Source of the DNA: Novakomyces olei
Lineage: Eukaryota
Reading direction: 5' to 3'
DNA: 64,000 nt
NCBI GenBank assembly: GCA_016906335.1
Contig: JADEYG010000004.1
Span: forward strand, 372,001-436,000
Made by a program: the position numbers and the translations under genes. Below, piece after piece: positions 1-12,612 of the stretch (position 1 is its first letter; each line of letters begins with the position of its first letter). Under the pieces are notes generated by a model. The model made no database searches and was not told where the DNA came from. It saw nothing but the letters and a program-made list of their open reading frames with translations.

Positions 1-1056
1 TATACATGATATCAGCCTTTCCTTGATAAAATATAATACACTTCGCCCGCCGACATATCAAATAAAATGGTCATAATCACTATCCTAATAATATTAAAAT
101 GCAGCTTATCTTACTTGTAATATACCGTATCAATGGTCGCTTGAACGCGACGGGGATAATTTCCTATCTAATCGCAGCTCTAAACGATCATTTGGGTTAC
201 GTGATTGCATCATAATCAAGATTGACTCGTTTTAATCGTCATCGGCAAAAGATTAGTAGAGCTTTCGTGTTGCATTGCACACTTGTATATGGAATTTATA
301 CAGAAGTACGTTTTCCGCGTCGCGAAATGGCACATACACGTTTCAGTTCTACGACAAGACAGAGTGTGCTAATGAGAGTGCTTGCCTGCTTTACTCTAAA
401 ATTCATAGTCTTTTTTCGAGCAAAAATTTTAACTTATTAATTGATAAAGCCACCGTGACTAGTTTAATGAACTTTCGAATTGAATTGTAAACCGCTCATA
501 TTACGCGCAGCATCGAAAGACATTTTACGCTTTGCTTTTTGAAGCATTGTGTGCGTTCTCCACGAGGGCCTCTAATGAAAACAGAAATTGTAGATCGAAA
601 TCAAACTTGCCCACGTCGTCATCTATCTCATCGTCATCGCTAAACGAACTGCGTTCTGCCGAACTTTGTATTTCAATTGTTTGTGTCTTTTAATTTCTCG
701 GGCCGGGAACCCGATCAGATCAAATAAATTATGAGCGTAGACGCGATAAGGGGCTCTCATTTATAATGAAACTCCCGATATATCCAAAACGGGAGAGAGA
801 TGGGCAAAGCGAACAATCGTTTAATAAATTATTTTCATACGGAGACAGTTTTCAGGAATTTAAAAAACAAATCTGTAATATCAGCCGTATATTCATTGTT
901 GCTAATAATTCAAAAATCATTTAAATTACATTCTTTCGTTGCACTTCAAAGTAGTAATTAGTCAAGTTTCTTCCCTTTCTAATACAAATAACGAATCTTT
1001 AAAATCATTTTTAATACTGATTTAAAAATCTGCCATTATATAGAGGCATCAATAAT

Positions 1057-2109
1057 CTATTTAGCTTTTGCAGCGTCATATTGCTTTTTGTTAACAGGCG
1101 GTGTTACAAACACTCCCTGAGTTAAAAACGCGGTGATGTTCTTCATCGCATTTAACTCAAAATTCACCCATGTATCGACAGCACCACCAGCATTGTGGCA
1201 AGTCATAGAAACATTTCGCATACGCGCAAGTACAGGATTAACATTAGGCTCATCGTAGAAAACGTCCAAGCCAGCTGCTGCCAATTTCCCAGACTCTAGA
1301 GCCTTAATAAGTGCCTTTTCATCGACGGTTCGGCCACGTGACGTATTAATAAGACGTGAGCCCCTTCGCATTACGGCGAGAGCCTTCTCGTCCACAATAT
1401 GATGTGTAAACTTGTTGTACGGGACAGATAATATAACAATCTCAACCGTCTTCAACAAATCATAGAGATCTGAATGAAAAACGGCATTGTACTGATCTTC
1501 AAATTGCTCATCTGCTCTTACAATATCATAATAATGTACCTTGAGACCAAAAGCAGAATGCAGCTTTTTTATCGCAAGCTTTCCGATACTTCCTAATCCC
1601 ACAATTCCCACAGTGAATGAGGAAACGTTACGTGAGATAGGCGGAACATTGTTGTGAGCATCCAGAAATTGGTCCCGATCACAAGATTTTGCTGCCTCTT
1701 GCGACCAAGTGGTATTGCGGCAAACAGATATTAGATGCCAGATCATAAGATCCGAAACAGCATCGTCCGAGCAACTTGCCCCATTGCAATAAAAAATTCC
1801 TTGACGGGCAAGCGCATCTACATCGGCCCAGTTATATCCGGCGCCGGCAGAGGCAAAAATAGAAACAGACCGTGGAAGCAGAGATATCAATTCCTCGTCC
1901 CACATGCCCATCTCATCGCCCGAATTCCAGAAGGGACGGAAAATAGCACTAAAATCGCCAAATTTTTTGGACACCAATGCAGCTTTAAAGGATTCTCTAT
2001 TCGGACAATCATTGCGAACGACTTCAAAATGTGACAGGAATTCTTTAGAATAGTAATCAAGGTTGTAACGGACTTGGTCGCCAATGTGAAGCACAATTGG
2101 CTTTGCCAT
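1057..2109 (-). CDS. D-isomer-specific 2-hydroxyacid dehydrogenase (glyoxylate reductase/D-mandelate dehydrogenase-like)
   Basis: Intronless 350-aa ORF with GIVGLGSIG NAD-binding motif, INTSRG, AAGLDVFYDEP and catalytic H in TCHNAG. Confidence 0.92.
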   Translation of the reverse strand: MAKPIVLHIGDQVRYNLDYYSKEFLSHFEVVRNDCPNRESFKAALVSKKFGDFSAIFRPFWNSGDEMGMWDEELISLLPRSVSIFASAGAGYNWADVDALARQGIFYCNGASCSDDAVSDLMIWHLISVCRNTTWSQEAAKSCDRDQFLDAHNNVPPISRNVSSFTVGIVGLGSIGKLAIKKLHSAFGLKVHYYDIVRADEQFEDQYNAVFHSDLYDLLKTVEIVILSVPYNKFTHHIVDEKALAVMRRGSRLINTSRGRTVDEKALIKALESGKLAAAGLDVFYDEPNVNPVLARMRNVSMTCHNAGGAVDTWVNFELNAMKNITAFLTQGVFVTPPVNKKQYDAAKAK

Positions 2110-3036
2110 TGCTTGGGATTGGTAAGCTTGCTAAAGAAAAACGGTTCACACCCTCGAAGGGAAAGCTTCAGCCAAATAGACGAAGCATTTTCTCCTCATT
2201 TTACTAATTGCCAAACCCCAGCTTTGAAAGGTGGGATCCCCACGACGTATCCCACAGTCACGATTGCTTGTCGCTAATGCAAGGAACTTTATGGTTATGT
2301 TTTCGCACGATCATACTACTTGATGAGATATGTGTATTCTGGACAAGTAAGTGTCTTCGGCAGTTGAGTAGACTACAAATATCGCTAATGTAGATTTTAT
2401 TTAAGAAATTTTGATGAATTTGCGTTTTTCGCACTGCAGCATAATAATAGACGCTATTTCATAGCTTTGATTTGACGATCTTTTCTGCATTTTTATTGCA
2501 TTTAGATATTATGCTACCCGATGCTCAGTGTATTGTAGTGAAATGAACTTGCTAATTTCTATTATTATATTGGAGATTACTGGTAGTATTATTTACGTAG
2601 GGGCAAATATTTGCTGGACCAATTGTGAAAATCTCACTGAACGGCCTGTTCTAGTGATCTTGTGAGCTTTCTCTATTGTGCGCGCTGGCAGACTATATAC
2701 AGCCTTTTAATGCAACCGCTTATTATTTTTGTCCAATGCGTACGTACTATACGAGAGAAAACGGGCCCGACGACGGCTCTAACTCTGACTATGCTCAAAT
2801 AGAGATAAATTAGTGTTAAATTAAGTGTTAAATTAAATGAGAACAGTTACGCAACCATTTTCGAACGACTATATCGAACCGATAATTATACAAATCTGAC
2901 AAAATCAAATCCACTATACCATATTGACTATAAAAAGTGCTGAGCAATAAACGGAAACCCCGGTGAAAAAGAACACATACATATATTTATTTGAATATAT
3001 ATGTAGAAGATTAAAATAGAAAAACAAAACCTTAAA

Positions 3037-5621
3037 CTACCCTCTCATTTTGCGTTTCTTAGTAGGTAAGGAATCCCGTAAATTATTCGTCTCCCCGTTA
3101 ATATAATTGGGTGATGCCAATGATGAAGATGAGGATGATGAAGAAGATGGCGGAGGTGGTGAAGCCTCTGCTGATGCTCCTGCAGGCAAAGAAGCACTGG
3201 AAACTTGTGGAGAAACTGTAGTCTGCTTTGATGTCCTTGTTGTTGTATTTTCACTCGTACTTTTGACATCATTATTCGTACTATTCTCGGGTGAAGAGTG
3301 CAGGGATTCGAACCGGTGTCGAGCCGTTAGCGAATCGTCTTCCTGAGCAGCATCGGAACCTCCGGGTCCGGGCCTTGGTGAAAGGTTGGCAAAATCACTG
3401 TACATATCCCCATTTCCTCCATATTCTGAAAGAAGTCAGTAAGAAAATACAAATACAAATACAAACATATATACAAATAAATATTTATAAATAAAGATAT
3501 AGTATATTTGATAATCAAATCTTACCATTCATATTAAAAACATCGTCCATATTTTGCTGAGCGTCGAGCGGCTCAAACCGTTTTGCTGCGTCCACCATGT
3601 TCCCGTTATTATTGCCAACATCCTCAAGATCTGTGACATCCACACCCAATAATTGAGCAAGGCTCTCAAGACTCTGCTCACTATCAGCCAGCCGTGATTC
3701 TATATTCTCTAGCGTCATATTTGGATTATATTGCAAAAGCCAGTCTGGCTGTACCTGACCATTTTCCGTGCCAGGAACAGGTCCCGGAACAGACCCCGGT
3801 GTAGAGCCGGGAACGGATCCGGTTACGGATCCGTACCCGTTGACCTGCTGTGTGGGATTTGCTCCGTACGTGGGCTGAGAACCGATTGGGGCAGAAGCAT
3901 TGCCGCTCTTCAAAGAAGACTGTGTGGACGGTTTGCTGTTAGCATAAATACTTTTCGCTGATGGATGAGGCCGTCGATGAGACAAAGTTAAGGCAGAATT
4001 TGTGCGTGCCAAAGGCGGTGGAGGCGGAGTAGATGGATTGTACACAGGACTCTGTTTCCGAGGTGTCCGGTTACCGTTTCCAAATTGACCCGTATAATTT
4101 AATAATTCTGAGAAATCTGTATCGTTGTCTCCAGCGGCTCCTGATGGAGTCGCTATTGCAGGAGAGCCGGCGGAAGAATAACCGGAGCCTGTTGAATTTG
4201 GAACGGGAGAGAATCTTCCAGCGGAATTGGCATCCGAACTTCCAGGAGCAGCAGCCAGCAGATGGTTCCGATGTTTTCCCTTGTCGTACATGCCAGCAAG
4301 AAACTTTATAATTCGATCAATTGTCTGCTGCTGTTGTTGCTGACGTTCTCTAGCAGACAATTCTTCTCTCCACATGGTCTCGTTGTCCTGCTGGACTCTC
4401 CGCAAATCTGCCGACAGAGTCATTTGATGTTTCCGAATAGCTTGAATCTCGCTCATAAGAGCAGCGATATCCAGATTGTTCGTGTCCTGCGGGCCACCTC
4501 GTTTCCTTGTTACTAGACACAGCAGATCAGGCTGATCTCGGATAAAGTTTGGGTTAGAGAATTCCAACATTTCCGTAGGACTGTCGGATTTGAGCACGCC
4601 CTGTTGAATATGAGGGACTTTATGGAAACCGTACACTGATATTAGAATGTTATATAGAAATAAGATAAGAAAGAGAGAAAGTAAGAAATAAAATAAGAAA
4701 TAAAATAAGAAATAAAATAAGAGAGAAAGAGAGGCTTTGCATTGTTTCTTGAACTGTTAAACACAAGCGATTACGTTTTAAAAGGTTTTAAAGATTGATT
4801 ATTAACGTATAAAAGTAGAAGTTAACAAAAATCAATTAAAGAAAAAAAAAAGAATAAGAAAAGCTTCCAAAAAGTACAAATCCAAAAGTCAATTTCCACA
4901 ACTTACTATTTAGTTGGCGCACAAATGACGAGAAGTTGCTGTGCTTAAAATAATACGGCAGCACTTGATTCGTAAAGCTCTCCTGTCCGATAACTAATAT
5001 TAGAAAATTCACAAAAAAGTGCTTACCCAAAAAAGATTCTCCAGAATCGGACCACTTGATCATTGGATCAGTACCAGGATCATTAACCATTCTGTAATTA
5101 GCACAAGTAAGACAGAAGACTCGTAGAGAGTCAATTGCTAAAACGCAGCCATAGTGAACCCAAACAAAAATTGCCAAGATTAAAACTTGAGCAGATCATA
5201 TCAACAGCGATAAACTCTGAAACCCTAAATCAAAAGCGCAAAAGAAACCATTTCAGCGGTGCCAAACCTACGTGTATAGCTTGTTTAAAAACTGTGGAAC
5301 GTTCTTCAAATTAGGCGTCGGTTTGCTCGGACCCGCGGTACCCGCAGATCCTAAAAATTCACTGTTTCGGAAATCATTACTGCGATCTAATGCCGAAGGC
5401 GGCGGCGAAGCTTTTGATCGCGGTACCGTCAAGTGCCGCGATAATGGAACCAGGTCTTGCGACATGTAATCCGGGACCACCGCTTCTGAGTCCGGAATCG
5501 CCAAAGGCTCTATCGCGTTTGTCGCATCATCAATTGCTGAATTCTCTGTAGCAGACGTCACATTCGGCAAGTCGCTCAAGTCCACGTCTAACCCATCATC
5601 CTCTGTTTTGACACCGGACAT
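3037..5621 (-). CDS. HSF1: Heat shock transcription factor (5 coding exons)
   Basis: HSF DNA-binding domain across exons: [25 protein letters not shown]|..[35 protein letters not shown]; heptad region follows; GT-AG introns (first 5271-5092). Confidence 0.95.
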
Positions 5622-6233
5622 ATTGCTACGTTAGTAGTGTGTAAGCGGGTCGCCTGTCGCGCTGCTGCTGCTGCAGACGCGATTCTGGCTTTGTAGATTG
5701 CTGCACCCAAAGGCTGCCGAAATTTATATACGCCAAATTTATTGTGAATAATTTAATGTAACACAACACCTAAAATTATTTCGCCAATGTCGCTGTGTAT
5801 ATAATCTTGCACACACACTGCGATAAATACACGGGGCCCGTCTTCTTATTGGCAGAGCCCTCGCACATAAAATGTGGCATATATATCTGCGTAAGGAATA
5901 ACAGTATATAATGTACTATAGAAAAGATAATAGTTTCTTCGTTACTTGCTCATCTGCTAATCTCTTCAAGTTACGAACAAGTAGATATTTACTTTTTATT
6001 TTATTTTATTTATTTTTATGTATTTATTGGATTATCGGTTTCGCAGATTGTCGCTGGCTCTGGTTGTGGACGCGTCGTTTGCATCTTTGTCCCTTTTCTT
6101 CAGCAGAAGCAGCAAAACATCGTAAAAGAGACTTTGGAAAAAGCAAAGTCAAGAGAGCCCTACATTTCTTTTGTTATCACGTTTCTTTAATAATTAAAGA
6201 GCAGCGCAAGATTCGGGCCTGAAATCACAGTGG

Positions 6234-7182
6234 ATGGAAATTGATATTGATGAGCTGCTGAGGCAGGTCAATGGCTCGGATACAGACAAGGACCAATCAT
6301 CAGTAGAGGACGATGACAATGATGTACGGCTGGTGTGTCAAGCTTGGATTGCCGAGCGAGGCACGCCAGAATTGCAGCCTTATGAAAACGAGTTGATGAG
6401 AAGGTTACAGGCAAAAATACAAGTGCAGGTACGATAGTTAGTCAGAGGCCAAATTTGTTTCTTTTTCGACTCAATTCTACTCGCAGTTTGCTAATCAAAG
6501 ATTGAAACAATCGACACTATGAACGCTCGTGGTGAAAACGCGCTGGCTCTGACGGTTGTCTTGATGCAGACGGAACTGGAACGTGTGAAGTTCCTTGTTC
6601 GCTCTTACCTGCGGACACGAATCCATAAAATTGATCAATTTCCTGCTTATATTGCGCGTACAGCCGAGCAACTGTCGCGTCTCTCTTCTTCAGAGAAGCA
6701 GTACCTCGATCAGTAAGGAACAAACGAGATTAGTGATGCATTTACTAGCAAAAGCATTAGTATTTTTTTTTCAAAAGTCAAGATAGAAAAATGCTGGGGA
6801 CTAATGATTATATAAACGACATTTTATCTTTGAAAGAATTGAATAAAGCTAACAGAAAGGCACCAACGCATATTGAACCGTCATTTCTCAAGCAGTGTTC
6901 TTGTTGAATTACCGGAAAAGCACCGTCAAATGGATGACAATGATTCGGGCAATGTTTCGATGGTTGGCGGGCCTGACTTGGACAAAGCAGTTTTCTGTCG
7001 CATTGTACGTGATGTTCCACAGCCCATATCTACGGAAGCAGGGTAAGGACCGATATAGTCTGTGGTATTCAATTTACTAAGTGCCTAGCGACTCTATCCC
7101 ACTAAAGGCAGGCAGTTTATTTTTAATCCGCTATTCGTACGTGCGTGTTTTGGTCCTTAGTGGAAATGTTCAGGTGATTTGA
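6234..7182 (+). CDS. SLD5: GINS complex subunit Sld5 (4 exons)
   Basis: QAWIAERGTPELQPYE, MQTELERVKFLVRSYLRTRIHKID, PDLDKAVFCR, LIRYSYVRVLVLSGNVQVI*; GT-AG introns. Confidence 0.93.
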
Positions 7183-7713
7183 AAGGCAGTCAAAATGAAA
7201 TCGAGCACAACAAGTCGTTACTCATTGATTTTTCTTTTTATTTCTGTGTAAAAAGGCGACTATGATATGTATGTATGCACATATATACAAATATGCGTTT
7301 TCCCTCTCGCGAATGGGAGAATTGGCTGCTTACAATTTTCTCTTTTAGCAACGCATTTGTATGGAATCATGTACATTTATAAGGATTATCTCTTATAAAA
7401 TGCCGTTACAGCCGATGAGAAAATGCATAATGTACGATGAGAATATTGCGTGGATGGACGAAATTTTGGCGAGAAGCCGGATAAAACGCTATTTGTAAAC
7501 CGGTCAGCGCTCGTTTTGTGTATATCGCCGAAGATATAGTGGAACGAATCTAAACTAAAAAAAAAAAAAGGAAGAAAAAAAGAAACAAAAATTATTTTAT
7601 ATTTGTCATTTTTTGTGATTATATAAATAATTTGAACGAACGAATAGAGATGAAAACGTTCCTCATTTGACCTGACTGTCGTTAACCGCTGACCAATACA
7701 GCAATCTTTAGCG

Positions 7714-9243
7714 ATGACTGATCTGCAGGTACATGTCGATCGTACAAATATAGCGGTTGGAGATGCAGTGACAGGGCAGGTCGAGCTTTACTTTGCTGAC
7801 TATGACCCAAGTGTCAGGACCGTACGAATCACTTTGGTCGGCACAATTATAACAACGATCAGGGACCGGCATTATCGCCACGGACTTCATGATCCCTACT
7901 GTCATTATGGCCATGGATTCCAAAATCCTGTAATAAATGATTTCGACCATGTTTTTAACAATCACTATGATCCTTTTGGTTATGCCGGCCATAACCATTA
8001 TGGTGACAATTTTGATAACGCTTTCGCGCACGGAGGACGGTTGAGTGAAACTCACAAGTTTTTAAAAATAGGTGCTATTGCGTATGACTCTGCGATGGCT
8101 TTGGGAGGTCAAGAATCTTTCAGGCCCGGCCTGTACGTTTTCCCTTTTGTCCTTCGAATTCCTGAAATGAGTATCTGCGCTTCCTGTGGCCGCGAATGCC
8201 GACCTTGTCGGACCATTAATACGGGAATCTTCGGTTCTATTTCCGTCCAGTACGTGCTTAAAGTCAAGCTTAGACGTGAAGGCGTGCTTAAGCTTAATCA
8301 GAAAAGGACAGTGGAGATTTTAGTCCGGAGCAAATCCGTCCCCGACAATCTCGGCAACAACAGATATCCAAGGTCGGCCGATAGGGCGGTATCTGAGGGA
8401 GAGACGAGTAAAGAGACGAGTAAAATGTTTGAGCAGAGAAGCAGTGGCCTGGGCAAAGATAATGATGGTTACAATCATGATTACAATGATGATTATAAAG
8501 ACACCGATAATAGATACGTGCAAGAGAAAGAAGCCGGGACTAGCGAGCAAAAGGCGAAATGGTACAGCCAAGACAAATCTAATCAAACTGAAAATGATGC
8601 AGAATCAAACAGTAAAAAGCCTAATGGCAAAGACAAAGATTTGCGTGGGCACTCTGGGCCGGCAGTGATAATGCCAGAAGCAGTTCCCTACTTGCCAAAC
8701 TATTCAGAAAGTTGCAATACAGCTCTTGTCTATTCGCCTGAAATGGCCCAGCAAGACGGAGTCGGAGACACAAGGCCGATGGCATCGTTGGAGCAAGTAC
8801 TCGACCTCAAACAGTTTCTTGTCTTTTCTTTATGCAGTATCTTTGTCAGGATTTCTTTCCCTGAAATTGACCCCACCGACCGTCTAGTGCCCCGTAAAAG
8901 CTCACAGAGAATAATACTGAGTTTGAGACTGGTAGGCGGATATCAGAATGCTCCAATTTTACAAAAGTTTTCGGTGCGAATGTTCGAGCGCACGACCATG
9001 CGTACACGTTATGACGTATCAACTTTTTCAAAAAAGACACCAGCCCTTTTGACTTCTAATGACCGATTTCCCGTGTATGGTAACGAGGATTACAAGCTGG
9101 ATAATTCTTTCTTTTGTGAAAGTGGCGATTTTGATTCCGTTCAGTTGTGTACGCTCACAACTGACCATTTTTTCCGGATTAAACTCAATTTTAAAGGGCT
9201 GCGCAACACCTTTTGCATCGATTACCCTATACGATTGTGCTGA
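7714..9243 (+). CDS. Arrestin-fold (alpha-arrestin-like) protein, paralog A
   Basis: Intronless 509 aa; GDAVTGQVELY, VRITLVG, PGLYVFPFVLRIP, SVQYVLKVKLRR are arrestin-N-like; LPNY PY-type motif. Confidence 0.7.
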   Translation: MTDLQVHVDRTNIAVGDAVTGQVELYFADYDPSVRTVRITLVGTIITTIRDRHYRHGLHDPYCHYGHGFQNPVINDFDHVFNNHYDPFGYAGHNHYGDNFDNAFAHGGRLSETHKFLKIGAIAYDSAMALGGQESFRPGLYVFPFVLRIPEMSICASCGRECRPCRTINTGIFGSISVQYVLKVKLRREGVLKLNQKRTVEILVRSKSVPDNLGNNRYPRSADRAVSEGETSKETSKMFEQRSSGLGKDNDGYNHDYNDDYKDTDNRYVQEKEAGTSEQKAKWYSQDKSNQTENDAESNSKKPNGKDKDLRGHSGPAVIMPEAVPYLPNYSESCNTALVYSPEMAQQDGVGDTRPMASLEQVLDLKQFLVFSLCSIFVRISFPEIDPTDRLVPRKSSQRIILSLRLVGGYQNAPILQKFSVRMFERTTMRTRYDVSTFSKKTPALLTSNDRFPVYGNEDYKLDNSFFCESGDFDSVQLCTLTTDHFFRIKLNFKGLRNTFCIDYPIRLC

Positions 9244-9636
9244 ATTGGAGGAGAAGGCAGTATCCTAATAAGGATGATTCTGTAAAATTGGTCAGACAGG
9301 AAAGAAACCAAGCACGGATAATGGTAACCATGAGAGAAAACAAATAAGAAAAATTATAAAGGCTAAAACGGTTTTCAAAGCGTCAAAAACAGTGGACCGC
9401 ATGGGAAAAGGGAGTACAATCATATTTGCAATTATATTCGCATTGTTTTGCCGTGGAATTTTAAAGCTTTATTTCATTTCTATACATTATCCAGCATATA
9501 TAGCGGCGAAATTGTTCCGTTTAAAGTCAAAGGCATTTCATTCAATAAAACCTTAGCGTTCTTTGTCACACGTTCTGTCACAAAATACAATATCCTAAAT
9601 GCATTTGTATGCGTACACCACTTTATTTATTACTCG

Positions 9637-10127
9637 TTACTTTTTACCATAGATCCAGTCATTAAGACCGCGGCGATTGCGGGCAATTTCTATAGCGAGA
9701 AACTGCATTCGCGGAACAAACATTGTAGTCTTCTCCTCGTACTCTGCTCGGGCGCTTGTCCGTAATAATGTTCCAAATGAATAATCTTTAATTTCTTCGC
9801 GATTAGCGTATCGCATCATAAACTCTCGCCACCGCCTTTTGCCTTCGGCCGACTTCATATCGTCCTCATTAATCTCATCCACAGCTTCGCGTGGTACTAA
9901 CTCTGGGAAACTTTTCTCCAAGTCTTCCATGATCTCGTCGTCAATCTTTGTCAGAGTAAGCTCCGAGCCTTTGCGCATCTGCAGCAATGCCCAATATATT
10001 TGAGCATGTTCAACGGCTTTCACTGCAAATTGCATTTCAATCTTGATTGTGAGAACGTACACTGATAAAATGCGATTACCTCTTGCAAGTTTTCCGCCTC
10101 ATCGGCGTTGAATGTCTGTGCGCTCAT
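9637..10127 (-). CDS. PBDC1/YPL225W-family protein (2 exons)
   Basis: MSAQTFNADEAENLQE|IEMQFAVKAVEHAQIYW..LTKIDDEI..MKSAEGKRRWREF..DYSFGTLLR..FVPRMQFLAIEIARNRRGLND. Confidence 0.9.
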
Positions 10128-10822
10128 ACTAAAAAGGCACTGGAGTCTGATTTAAATTTATTTTCGTGAATTTTCAGCACGTTTGCTATATATTGCTTGT
10201 AAACACATGCATCATTTTCTCCATTGAATCAGCGATAGCGTACTGATTAGGGTTAGGGCTAAACACTCTAATTGCACTCGACGAAATGCCGGGGGACAGT
10301 GAAGGCATAACGAGACGCGATCCCGTCGATTGCCGCAAATCAAACACGGTCTCGAACTAATCTTATAGAGACTATCGTTTGTAATTTCTGTATTCCAGAT
10401 TACTGAAACAGGCTACTTTCCCAAGGCTGTAGCTTTAGAAGCGTGCAAGCTTCTCATCTTACAGATCAAGCATGTAAATACTATTTGGCGCGTACCGCGT
10501 ACACTTTGCTCACAAGCTCGCACAGCCTTGTTTCCATTTAATCATTGAGTTTATACTATGCTGAATCCTTGCATCCATGTTCACATGATCATACTAATGA
10601 GACGAAGACCACGTGACAAGGCAGTAGGCCAAAAGCAAAAAGAATGAAAGTAAACAGCTTCCTTTGTGGAACAGAAAAAAATCAAAAATAAAAACTAATT
10701 TTAAACAAACAAAACTGAGCAAAAAAAACGTATGGAAATGAATCGAAATCTGAACGAAATCTAAACGGACTAGACTATCAAACTAGTCGAAAATAAAAGC
10801 ATAGCCAAGAAAGCAATTGGCA

Positions 10823-12427
10823 ATGCCATACCTCACTGTTCGGCTCAAATCTTCAGTTATTAGAATCGGTGAAACTCTGAAAGGGACTGTGGAAGTGTAC
10901 AATGAAGACATGGACTCAATCGACAGTATTCGGGTACAGTTACTGGGCAATTGCTACACGACTCTCTCCACAGACACTTCGAGATTCGGTGAGTCTGATG
11001 CTTTTGCGATGACAAGCAATAACAGCGAGAGACATACGTTTTTGAAGCGAAGCTTGATCGTTTACGACCGACTTTTGCAATACGGCACAGGAGAGCAAAG
11101 CCCTAAGCTGCCAACATCAGCGCCGATTTCTGTCAGACCAAACGTGTGGGCTTTTCCCTTTGCTTTGGCAGTGCCCATTGAATCTACGTGCTCTTATTGT
11201 CGGCAGCCTTGCTTGGTCGCTCCTTCCTTTTCGACTCTGACTCGAAGCGCTTACGTGTTTTACCGCGTTCAAGTGGATCTGAAAAATGGATGGTTACGAC
11301 GCGATCGTAAAAGTTGCCCCGTTTACGTGCTGCCCCCAATCATGAAGCGTGCGCAATATAACGAGCGGCTTTTGACGGACAAAAATAAAGCGACAAGAAA
11401 GGGTAAAGCAGTCAAACGGTGTGATATAGAAAGAGATGATGTGGACATGAGAGCTGGTAATGGAGACAGAGAAAATGTCACTTTAAACAGACGACTAAGA
11501 GCCAAAAGTGATGAGGGAAATTTGGCCAGACCTGATGACGAACCTTTGCCGCCTTATACTCCAACTTCATCAGCAAGCGGCGATGATGAAGCTCATAGCG
11601 TCACAAATGGACCCTTACTTTCTTCGCCTTCCACAGACTATGCTAGTTCTTCCTCGAATGATGCAGCAGCAAGAGAAGGCAAGGATAAGGGCAGAGACAT
11701 GGACACGGACATGGACACGGACAGAGACATGAACATAGCGGCAGTAAGAGCAATTGCCAGCTCTGCCGGTCTATCTCCTGCAATTGCACCCTTTGAACAG
11801 CAGCCGTCGTCTCTCTCTTCGCGTTATGTGTACGAAGATACGCAAGTGCCGGACGAGTATGTTTGTCAAGCTCGGCCGAGTATTACGTGGGACCTTATGA
11901 GCCTGACTGGAGCAGAAGCAAGGCAAGAAACAGGAGAACAAATCTCAAACGGGGCAACGGCAATAAACATACTTTTAAAACTGCACTCCTATTTCTTTTG
12001 GACTTGGTGCTACGTCAAAGCGATTGTCGACCTGCCTTTAATACAGCAAAACGGACAAATAGCAGAGCGCGCTAGTATTCAGCCTATTCAAATCCGGCTT
12101 CGCCTCGAGGCTTCAGGATTTCGTAAACCCTTCCCAGTGCTGCTAAAAATGACTCTAAAGCTGTATGAAATAACGACAGTGAGAGCCAATACGGAATACT
12201 CTACAATCCCTCACAAATCAGACCGTCTTCTCTGCAGTCTGGAGAGACTCGAGCTCGTACCGCTGCAGCATTATATTATAAATCACACGTTCGGTCTTCC
12301 ACAAACGGCTTTTCAGAGTGATATGAAGCTGTGCAACATCCAGTGCTCGCATTATCTTTGTGTTAAACTCGAATTTGAAGGCTTTCGGAATACTTTTCAT
12401 CTCAAGCACCCGATAACGATTGTGTAA
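10823..12427 (+). CDS. Arrestin-fold (alpha-arrestin-like) protein, paralog B
   Basis: Intronless, first ATG 10823; GETLKGTVEVY, IRVQLLG, WAFPFALAVP, VFYRVQVDL; LPPY motif; C-terminus similar to paralogs A and C. Confidence 0.7.
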   Translation: MPYLTVRLKSSVIRIGETLKGTVEVYNEDMDSIDSIRVQLLGNCYTTLSTDTSRFGESDAFAMTSNNSERHTFLKRSLIVYDRLLQYGTGEQSPKLPTSAPISVRPNVWAFPFALAVPIESTCSYCRQPCLVAPSFSTLTRSAYVFYRVQVDLKNGWLRRDRKSCPVYVLPPIMKRAQYNERLLTDKNKATRKGKAVKRCDIERDDVDMRAGNGDRENVTLNRRLRAKSDEGNLARPDDEPLPPYTPTSSASGDDEAHSVTNGPLLSSPSTDYASSSSNDAAAREGKDKGRDMDTDMDTDRDMNIAAVRAIASSAGLSPAIAPFEQQPSSLSSRYVYEDTQVPDEYVCQARPSITWDLMSLTGAEARQETGEQISNGATAINILLKLHSYFFWTWCYVKAIVDLPLIQQNGQIAERASIQPIQIRLRLEASGFRKPFPVLLKMTLKLYEITTVRANTEYSTIPHKSDRLLCSLERLELVPLQHYIINHTFGLPQTAFQSDMKLCNIQCSHYLCVKLEFEGFRNTFHLKHPITIV

Positions 12428-12612
12428 CGTCGATCATTGATATACATAGATAAATTTTGATCAATAACATCAAAATCAATCTTCATTAAACCCAATATTC
12501 ACATTATGGACAGACCGGCTGAAACCCTGGTCAGCATATTTGGGCATAGATCTGGACTGCTTTCTCCAACGATCCTATTACTTTTCGCTGTGCGACCGTT
12601 ACAGGATCATAA

